NCBI GenBank assembly: GCA_030141605.1
Contig: JAQGDQ010000203.1
Location: forward strand, 124,001 to 188,000
Origin: Tubiluchus corallicola
Lineage: Eukaryota; Animalia; Priapulida
Length of the DNA: 64,000 nt
Reading direction: 5' to 3'
Positions within the stretch are counted from its first letter, which is position 1. Every line of letters starts with the position of its first letter. Positions 1 through 10,400 of the stretch are shown here, in pieces. Position numbers and translations under genes: made by a program. The notes beneath the pieces are model-generated. The model worked only from the letters and a program-made list of their open reading frames with translations. It was not told where the DNA came from and ran no database searches.

Positions 1-1445
1 TTGGAGACATAGTTTAGACAACAAGCACTACATTTTAGCAGCATTTTTGGATTTAAGTAAAGCTTTCGATAGCATTAATCACGAACTACTTTACGATAAT
101 TTAAAACAAATCGGATTAGATTCGATATCGTTAAAACTGATACAAAATTATCTCAAAGATAGACAACAACGAGTAAAGTTAGATACAACCAACTTTTCTG
201 ACTGGGCCACGTTAAATAGAGGTATACCGCAAGGAACACTACTAGGTCCGTTATTATTTTGCCTATATATAAACAACATATCCAGTGTATTAAAACACTC
301 ACAAATAACGCAATACGCTGATGACACTACAATCTACATAGCCCATGAAAATGTCCAAACTGCAAAAAATTATTTAGAAGAAGATATAAAAAAATATAAA
401 TATGGCATTTAGTCATTACAAGCTAAAAATGAATAATGACAAAACAGAATTCATGATACTGTCACCCTCATTAAATACTAATGATGCATCATCAACCACT
501 TTGACAATAGATAATGCTGTAATCAAACAAACTAACAATGTTAAATTCCTGGGCATACAAGTAGACAATAATCTTTCATGGGATGATCACTTTAATAACA
601 TATACACAAAAATGGCATCTAGCACATCATATCTCCGACAAGTTAAAGGGCAACTAACAAAGGACACTAAAACACTAATATATAAAACTTTAGTTCTACC
701 ACACTTCTTATATGGATGTACGCTACTTCAAAAAACCAAAAGAGAAAATTACTTAAAATTAAATCTCCTTCAAAACTATGCGTTGAGATTGATAGCTGGG
801 TACTCATACAAACACAAGGCAGGTAGACAAAAATTCAAAGCTTCAACAACTAACCTGAGAAAAACTTTAAAATTCCCAATCATTGAAGCACACAAAGAAT
901 ATTTTACTCTGCTTTTTATATTTAAATACATTAACAACATCAGCAAACCATTCCAGAATAACAGATTTACCTTTTTTCCAAATCCTATCGTTAATTCCAG
1001 AACATTCAATCTAAAACAAATTAGGACAAATACCCACTATGGAACGAACTCTGTAATCAAACAAGCAATTTTACTTTGGAATTCTCTACCATTACAGGTT
1101 AAACAAATCAAGTCCCTATCAGCATTTAAAACAAAATTAAAATCACTAATATTAACCAGATATGAAATACCATCACACCAGTACGACAACATACACACTA
1201 ATTCCGAATTCATATACCCACGGCCATATTTATTAAATCATAGTTTTTTATTTTTTTTATTTTTTTGTGTATAGTTGTAAATATGTTTGATTTTATTCGT
1301 CATTACTGCACAGTAGTTTAGATTGCACTGACGCATTTGCCTTCAGCAGTGTAAGTTTTTATTAACTAACACTGATTGATTATCTCTATAAAGTTTTTAT
1401 CAGTGATTATCAATGTTTTTAATGGCAAATAAATAATAAAACAAG
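1..1445 (+). mobile_element. 3' part of CR1/L2-group non-LTR retrotransposon (RT domain, C-terminal region, 3' UTR); continues off the left edge
   Basis: ORFs 47-412 and 402-1274 carry RT motifs FLDLSKAFDSINH, GIPQGTLLGPLLF, YADDT, KFLGI and the typical end LWNSLP...SLSAFKTKLK. One frameshift near the A-run at ~388-394. T-rich 3' UTR ends in AATAAATAATAAAA (~1428-1441). Confidence 0.92.
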
Positions 1446-2074
1446 AATGCACTCAGTAGAAAGCAGATCTCTGCCAAAGTCGAACAATGGTATTCTTATT
1501 CATCTGATTTTTTTGATTAAAAAATTTAATACAAAGATAAACAAACAAATATACAATAATGTACATGTGTTGGCATTATATAGACTAGCAAAAGACTCAC
1601 ATATTTGTTCATTAAATGAATTTATAATCAATAATGCTCGAATGTTCCACATGGTGTTTCTCTACCTTTTCACCAATAATTTTGGGGGTAATAGACTGAC
1701 AAATATATACGTATCAAGTCATTATAAATTATAGACAACGTTACACACTTTTACAAGCGTGAATTTCTAGAAAAGGAACTGGAACTAACACGCTGTTGTT
1801 TGTCATGGTAGAGGTAATAAAAAAAGAACTAAACACTCCCTCTGAGATCTCCATGAACGTTTCTTGTATGTAGTTTTGCTAATAAAAGAACTGGCGAAAA
1901 GATTCCCGTTTTGGCAGTCTTTCTCCACCAAATTTGCGCAATTTTCCCCTGTACTATTTGTACGTACATTCCACAGGTGCCATAATACTTCATTACACAA
2001 AAATTCTGTTTTGTGGGCGGGGTGCATTGTGAATGGGTTAACAATTGAGGGAGCTAAAAATGCTTTTGCCTAGG

Positions 2075-2460
2075 CAGGGACATATTACGACGCTCTAGGC
2101 TGATAGTTCTGTCCTACCCATCTCTTTAATGTAATGAGCAGATTAAATAATTACTTGTAGTGTATTAGAAATATTATTAACCTGGTTTCTACGTTGTCAT
2201 TATTAACTGCATAGCGCTTACATTTAAGCAGGCTGCGCAACTGCTTGTTGTGTGATACCTTGCACCTTTTCGTTATGTGAGATTTATATGTCACCTGAGC
2301 ACAATAACTGCCTGTGGTGTGTTATAAAATTCGCCCTTTACATGAATAGGGAAGCATAGGCATTCTCCAAGAAGAATAGGTTTTTTCTAAAATTTGACGA
2401 ACCTCAAACTTTAGCGCCCTAGGTTGTAGCCTAGTTAGCCTATTGGTTAAAGCGCCCCTG
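2075..2460. mobile_element. Decayed hAT-like non-autonomous element (MITE)
   Basis: Ends CAGGG... and ...GCGCCCCTG, subterminal CCTAGG/GCCTAG motifs, flanked by near 8-bp direct repeat TGCCTAGG (2067-2074) / TGCCTATA (2461-2468). Confidence 0.5.
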
Positions 2461-3292
2461 TGCCTATATGGCGTCCTATTACCCAGAGCTGACACTGCAT
2501 AGATGTGTCTATCAATTTTTAACAGTGCATGGGCAAATATGTGAATCAAAACGCAGAGCAATAATGAGCAATTAAATAATAGTTATTATAATTTTACAGC
2601 CTAAAATGCACTAAAATTTGTAATGAACGAGACAGTTCTTCTTAATTGATCAAGGTTATAAAGTCTACAAAGGGTTATGCAAGTAACATAACATAACATA
2701 GTGCAATGCAATACAACAGAACACCATCACATTATACAACACATCTTAATTTATATGATCTAATAACGTGACGTAGTGTAACACAACGCTGTAAATTGTT
2801 CTGATATAATGTGCAATTTATATCTATTTATATCATTGAGATACTAATGTGACATAATTATGTCAGACTCTCTTGAATGCCAATTTTATTTAATTATATC
2901 ACATTGTTGTGTTACTGCATCTAAACACTGTCTAAACGAGAAACGTTATATCCACATACTCTCACTCATTTTATTTTTTTGTAAAAAATTTGTGTTACAT
3001 TTACTGTACAGTTTGTAGCAATACCATAGTATGGTTTGTGTAGATCAAAGATCTCGGTGATTGCTTAGCAGTGTTCTGCATTCTAGACTGTCTTGCTGTC
3101 CTGATCTTCTTTTTCACTTCCTCAGTTTTATCACTAAGTGCAAGTTCTATATACAAGCTAAATTCTTCACGCCATTTTTTCCATGCTTGTCACACATTGT
3201 GTGATTCGAAATTTAGTGCGTTAGGTGGTTTTAGCTGATTCGTGGTTCTCTATAAATTTGCCGTCCGAATAAATATTCAAAACAAACTAGTT

Positions 3293-3306
3293 CACTTCTG
3301 ACACCA
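3293..3306 (-). promoter_or_regulatory. Primer-binding site complementary to the 3' end of tRNA-Leu
   Basis: TGGTGTCAGAAGTG on minus strand, directly after the LTR-terminal CA; plus strand reads CACTTCTGACACCA, like the CCA end of tRNA-Leu(CAA). Confidence 0.85.
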
Positions 3307-3419
3307 TGTTAAACGCTACAATAATATTAGCAGCCAGACAAATGTGTGCATAATAAAGTAGTATTTATTAAGCTAATTAGGAACTTAAACAAAGAAGATC
3401 AGGACAGCAATACAGTCTA

Positions 3420-3577
3420 TTATCATCATCATACGCCCGTCACGTCTATTGTAGACATTGGGCAGGCAGAATTCTAAAATAAAAGAAATCTGCCTTCAGA
3501 CAGATAAACGCAGCAGTAATCCAGCAAAAAATCTAGACACTGCTACGCCAGTGGCTTGTCAGCACCACCTCCGAAAA
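3420..3577 (-). mobile_element. Short 5'-truncated non-LTR retroelement 3' end (RTE-like, (TGA)n tail) nested in the LTR
   Basis: Interrupts an LTR sequence that is contiguous in the 3014-3112 copy. Flanked by AATACAGTCTA (3409-3419) / AAGACAGTCTA (3578-3588). Minus-strand end TGATGATGATAA. Confidence 0.65.
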
Positions 3578-3968
3578 AAGACAGTCTAGAATGCAGAACA
3601 CTGCTAAGCAATCACTGAGATCTTTTATCTACATAAACCATATCTATGGTATCGTTACACAGTCCAAATTATTATTTTATATAGATAGATAATGCTTAAA
3701 TATTCCGAAATATCTGATCAAACAGTGCCATTAAACGGCCTAGTTTAGTCAGACCCTTACTTTACTTTAAACTTCACTTGACTACGTTTTCTGCGCATTT
3801 TTTAATTTTATTTTATGATCGGTAAGGAGTCACATGACTTGTATTTTGCTGTTTAAATCCTATCTTAAAATTAACTTTTACTTGCTTAAAACAGCGATGT
3901 GATGTGCAGAACACTGCGCATTGTTCATCGCGTCTTAACATAACAACGTAACATAACATAACATAATT

Positions 3969-4087
3969 GGATGACTAGATGACCAATTGGTCTTTCGCTG
4001 CCCTTTCTTCACATTTTTGTTGCTAAATTAATTGTATTGTAACTGTGCGCGTTAAAAGATAAATAAAAGATTATTATTATTATTATA
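3969..4087 (+). mobile_element. LINE 3' terminus fragment with (ATT)n tail
   Basis: TAGATGACC-AATT-GGTCTTTC hairpin motif, AATAAA, then (ATT)n, set within CATAA-type repeats; a related motif occurs inverted at 4693-4720. Confidence 0.5.
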
Positions 4088-4434
4088 ACTTAATGCAACA
4101 TAACACAATATAACATACCATATATAATATACATTCAGATGTTGCTCAGTATTCTATTGCTGTAGCATTGCAGAGGGCCACGTTAAAACCTGTACTATAA
4201 CTCAGTACTTAATTTTTAATTTCATGCCTATTTTCATTTTTACATTTATTACTCTCTGTACCCTAGCATTGAGTTTTAACAACTCTTCCGTTTCAATTGT
4301 TTTAACTTTTAAGACATCTAGCTTTATTCCTGGCTTCTCTAATGATTTCCCAAGCGATGGCGCGCAGGAAAAGTCGCTAAACCAAAAACACGGAGCGTCA
4401 AAATTATTTGAGTTAGAAGTGAATGAATGTTAGG

Positions 4435-7400
4435 ATGGCGGCGTCCAGTCCTCAAAAACCTTGGGAAACTGCGTATCAAGGCATTTCAGGGCTTACACCG
4501 AGTACATTAACGTCTACGTTAGTATATTTTTATGTGCAACATTTACTAAAATTTGGTGCGTTGTGTCATTGGTTACAGAAGGCGTAGCCGACTCGATAAG
4601 TCATTTATTTCACATTACATAGACATTTTATTTTTCTCCAATTTGCGTCACAAATTTTCGTTTTACAAAAAATAACTTTTGTCTGTGGAGATGGGGCGAG
4701 GAAAGACCGTAGGTCATCTACTCACTCACCCCTTATAATTTAATGTCGATGACAGAAAAAGCATTGATGACACAGGATGCAAATAAACTAACAAAATAAA
4801 GCAATAACAAAAGCAGAATTATAAAAGCAAACATAACAACAATAGCATAAGCGAAAAAAAAGAATAAACAAACAGTGGTAAAAATAAAATGATGATGAAA
4901 TTAATCACAATGCCGTAATTTATGTAGATTTCTCATATTAAACGAATTTACACGAAATATTAGATACACATTTACAATAGTTTCATGTAGTAGTAGTAGT
5001 AGTAGTTAATCTCCAGTAGTTATAATATAACTTTTGAGACAAATAGTTCTTCGACTGTAATTGCGACAAATTGCACATTTAATAGATTGTCATCAACACC
5101 TAGGTGACTCCACTGGCAAGTTTTCTCACTATAATATGTAATCCAGCATCCTTGTTATAGGCATGTTCCAATTAGCACGGTGATTAAATTTCAATGGATG
5201 ATGTTCATAGTGTCTATCTAATTTTGATTTAAATAAATTTACAGATGTTGCTGTTCTCACATCACAGGGCAATCTATTCCAGATTTCTGGCATCGTACAA
5301 GAAAAATAGTCGTATTTACCAGTTTTGTGTGCAGTTCTTGATTTATGAAGAATAGGACCTGATCTTGCTGTACGATGTACTTCTAATTTAACAGGACAAT
5401 CATCACAGCTGTAAACTCCAGATACATATTTGTATACATCAATTAGTTGGCCACGTAAACGTCTAAAAGCTAATGTAGTTAAACCTATTCGTTTTAACTG
5501 ACTTTCATACGTCAAGTTCATTAGTTCCGGTAACATGTTGAAAGCTCTCATTTGGACAGTTTCGACTGGGTCCACTATATATGCCCTAGGACTATTCCAA
5601 ATACTACTTCCATACTCCACTTTTGATCGCACAAGTGCCACATATAGAAGCTTGAAAGTTTGCAGATCTAGGTACTTGAAATTCCTCCTTATTAAAGCAT
5701 TGTTTCGTTTGGCACTCTTTATGATTTCTGCTATGTGATCTTTAAAATTTAGTTTATTATCAAGTAATAATCCAAGGTCTTTCTCACAAGCACTAAAGTC
5801 CAATTCTGCCGGAATGCCACTTGCATCATACATTTTGTATTTATATTCATATCCTGCTCCCACAGATACAACCTTACACTTGTTGGGATGGAACTGCATA
5901 CCATTTTCAACTGCCCAATCACAGAGCCCTTCTAGATCCAATTGAAGATCATTACAGCTGGTAAAAGAATCAGATTCAGACCAGATTTTGCTGTCGTCGG
6001 CAAAAAGACGAAGAGAATTACTCACACAACTAGGCAAGTCATTTATAAATACCACAAATAAACACGGACCTAATACCGAACCTTGCGCTACACCACTAGT
6101 AATCAAGGACTCAGTCGATTTGCAACCATCAACACACGTACATTGACTTCTATTTTCTAAGAAGTTTACTATCCACTGTAAAACTGAACCAGTTATACCA
6201 CAATTTTTAAGTTTTGCAAACAGAAAGTGATGAGGTACAACATCAAACGCCTTTTTCAGGTCCAGTAGTATTATATCAAAAGGCTTATTAGCATCTTTTA
6301 ACTCAAACCATGCATCGTAACATTGTAACAGTTGGGTAACCGTTGTTCTACCCTTAACAAACCCATGTTGTTCTTCACAAATAATGTTGTATCTTATCAG
6401 ATGGTTCATTATATGTTTCCGCATGATTTTTTCTGTCACCTTATTAATTGTATTTAGTAAGCTAACTGGCCTGTAGTTCGATGGATCTGACTTGTCCCCT
6501 TTTTTATGAATGGGAGTAACCTGTGCCACCTTCCATTGTCCAGGTAACTGACAATCAGCAAAAGACCTATCCAGTAAGGTGTATATAGGCTTAAAAAGCA
6601 CAGTTCTACATTCATTTAAAATACGTGGATGGTAACTATCTGGAGCGGATTTGTTTACATTGAGATTTTGTAACTCATAAAGCACCTCTTCTTCAGTTAT
6701 GGAAACATTGCTGATATCAGGATATTGTTGCACTGTAGTTACTTCATAGTCAGAAGCGTTGGGACTAAATACACTAATGAAAAAATCGTTCAAAATTTGT
6801 GCCTTCTCCTCTGAATCAGAGACAAGAATACCTTGGGAATTCTTCAGTGAATGAATTCTAGACTTTGGCTTCCGAAGCGCATTGATATACTGCCAGAATG
6901 CCTTGGGATTACTCTTGCAATTACTTGCTAAAATACGTTCATATCTTTTTCTCGCAGTAGTTATAAGGTTTTTCACCACATTACGCCTTGCAGCATACCG
7001 TTCATAAGAAAGTTTTGTTCTTCGTCTCTTCCAGTCAAAAAACAACTTTTCTTTCTCCTTAATACAGCCAAGCAACTGCTTAGTTAACCAAGGAGGCCGA
7101 GGTCGACTACTCTTATTATAAAAACTTGGATAGAAACTAGGCACATATTCATCAACAACTGACATGTACACATTATGAAATTTTGTCCACATATCATCAA
7201 GAGTAAGATTACTATTTAAAACATTAATCCAATCAACTTGGCTAAATGCATTACACATACTTTCATGTACAATATATAGGCTTTTATAGTGAAAGGGCCT
7301 ACAATGAACATAATACAAATAAGCTTCTTATTGTTTCTGCAAAAGAAAAGCCTCACACACTGTTCACCTATGTACAAATGTGTTGTGGGCAATCAAAAAG

Positions 7401-10400
7401 CATGGCTTGTTAGATTGTCCCACACAGTGAAAGAAAAAAAGTAATAGAAATAATCAGGAAATTTAAAGTGAATCGTATGATAAAAAAACATTTAGTGCTT
7501 AAAATGGAATGATGTAATGAACGAAGCTCATATATAAGATGATATAAAAGATAGAAAGACTATTATTTATTAATAGTATGTAAAATTAAGATAAGTTGAG
7601 TAAGATAACACCACTGTTTTGCCATTACTGTGAGGATGGATACTGATAGAAGTTTTGATTACTCACTGATACTTACTTAAGTTTTTTATCATTGCATTTT
7701 AAGTTTCAGTTTGTAAACTATAGCAGCTATGGATGTTGACACAGGGTATAAGAGTATATGGATTCGTTTTTAAATCTTCAGGAATTCCAGAATCCCTCAT
7801 CCACATGGAAATAATGTCCGGAATTACAGCTCCACTACAACTGTTAGTGGATCAGGTGGGGGTGACCAGCAGCCTCCACCACTTCCAACTCGACCAGCTC
7901 AGCAAGTGAATAGGTATTCCGGTTTTACTCCATATGGTACTGGTTTGGGAGGCATGTACTCACCATACAGTACAGGGTATGACACATTCATTTTTGTTTA
8001 TATTGGCAGTAAACGGCAAAGTATTATAATCAATTTTCATTGTGAAATTATTTTAACAATTATTAATTTTGTTTGTGGTTTTATACAGTTCGACTCACTG
8101 CAAGCCGCTATCCGTACTTACAACATTTACTTAATGTAGGTGGTTGTAGCAGTAACATAATAACGTAACAGAACTCAACTCATTACAAAATAGTTACTCT
8201 TTCTCTTTATTTTGCACTATGGTTTTCAAACTGTGACAATAGTTTTTACATTCTCTGTTTGTGTCTATTTTTCAGACTTTATGGTGGTTATGGTGGATAT
8301 TCAGGAATGTACAGCAATGGACTTTATGGTGGACCATATAATTCAGTTGGAGCTACTGACCAGAGTACCTTTGCCAGAGCAGCAGAGGAAAATTCGAGGT
8401 ATCTATTTTCGCCATGTATTGAATTTATTTTTTCTTCATTCTCATTCGTACGAGTTGTTACTATGGTAATTTGATAATGCCATGTTTTTACAACCTACCA
8501 TAGAGCTTTAAAGCAATGCATGATGCGTATTAACTGTTTCCAACTAGATGCAGAGCAACATAATTATTGGCTTCTTCCAACATTCCAAAAAAAATGGAAG
8601 AAGTAGTAACCAAAACTCACCTAACCAGGAAGCCAATTAACGACACTGGTCAACAGAAACATGAAAACTCGCTTAATCGTCTAAGCAATGACTGTTTCCC
8701 ATCTGCATGATATAGTGTTCACATTCATCTGAATACTTGTCATGCATCACACGTTATAGATTGTGCATTAAATACATGTGGAAACACTTCCAATACACAC
8801 AATGTGTATGCAAATACAAACTGTAGTATACGCTCTATGCATCATGGACCATGCATCACACATTTACTTGTACATGGAGTGCGACCTTTATGCATATTGA
8901 AGAAGCAATCATGCAGAACAATAAAACCTTGGTTTTGTTAGGAAACTATTCTGCTTAACCTTGCTTGGCTCACTATAACTTTGTTAGGCGAGTATGTTTT
9001 TATGTAAGTGGTAAAAATGAAATGATGAAGAAATAAAGTGAAATGCATTTGCCAAGACACAAAATTCTACGGATGCCTTCCAATGGGAAAGCCTGTAGCA
9101 TGAGAGTTAATGCCGCACCAGTTAATAGGCCTTTGTTTGTATCGGCGTTACATAATTGATAAGAGCTTGTCTATTTCCAAGCTGTTTTATAGCGCTGTTT
9201 TGGTCACTTATTTCAAACTGCATAGAGATAAACTGTATTTTGTTTATTATGCAATCTGCCAAATAAGCTATGTAGAAAAGAGAGAAAAGAACAGCAGAAT
9301 AAAGGATTATCGCACAAAACAAAAAAATATCAAAACAATGATCTGAAGAACAAACTGCTTTTGCATCATTTGGATTTATATTTAGCTAAGGCGAAGCAAA
9401 CCAAAGTGTTGAATTTTGATTTTTGAACTAGTTGTGGTATTGAATAAATTTCTAAGTAATGCATTCTGTTGTTATAGGCAAGCATTTCAGTCTATAGAGT
9501 CAATTGTTCGAGCAGTTGGGTCTGTCAGTATGATGCTAGAATCGACTTTCAATGCCGTGTATAGTTCATTCCGAGCTGTTTTGGGTGTGGCTGACCACTT
9601 TTCCAGGTAGGTTATAATGGACAGCCATCAGTTGCCGATGTATGTTAGTTTTATTTGAAAATTTTTGCAGCATGCAATTTTGCAAAGGCCTACCTGAGTG
9701 TACCAAGTTTTACCCCGTCAGTGTTGTATGTCTAGTCCGCACAACTTGGTCAGGGTTTTTACTATGATGTCATTGCTTACAAACTTCTTGCCATAGTAAT
9801 TGCTAAGGTGTTGTTGTTACTATGTAGTCGTTGCCAAGAAGCAGTGTCTAACCCAAAATTCTTTAAAGTTTTTGCACTATAGTAATCAAATTGTCTAAAG
9901 TTTTTACGTCAGTAACCAAATTTTCTAAAGTTTTGGCTCTAGTAACCAAATTTTTTAAGATTTTGCTCTAATAACCAAATTTTCTATACTTAAAGCTTTT
10001 GCGCTAGTAACCAAATTTTCTAAAGTGCACTAGTAACTATAATGTGATATTTTAGAGAATGCAATTAAGAATTAATAGAAAATCTTTAAATTTTATTTTC
10101 AAAAATTTTTGTGATTGGCCAATTGGTCAGATGCAACAGTGTGATTGGCTATCTCTGTAACTAAATAATGCTGTTTTAAATGCTATTTTCAGTGCAATAA
10201 ATGCTTCTTGTTGATGTTCACGTGCACTGTTTTGAGGTATTATATAAACACATGATGTGATTTTGTTTCTTTAGGACACATAAATGTAAGAAAAGGGACA
10301 TTTGACTGAATTTCAATTTCAAGATTCAGCTTTAGATGACAGTCATAAATTGCTTGTACAATATAGTTTGCAAACTGATTTGTTTGTTTACAAATATCCA

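Larger units (their letters stand above)
3014..3659 (-). mobile_element. Ty3/Gypsy (Mag-like) LTR retrotransposon derivative: LTR + PBS + gag start, capped by an inverted LTR fragment
   Basis: Minus strand: TGTAACGATACC (3659) ... AATAAA ... TTTAACA (3307), directly followed by PBS TGGTGTCAGAAGTG (3306-3293), then QLKPPNALNFESHNV*QAWKKWREEFSLYIELALSDKTEEVK (Mag-type gag N-terminus). 3014-3112 is a plus-strand copy of the first ~100 nt of the same LTR. Confidence 0.85.

Noticed and set aside
7261-7318. Apparent start codon of the 729-aa RT ORF
   Set aside because: Lies in or beyond the TSD; it is flanking DNA that happens to be in frame, so not evidence of a domesticated gene.
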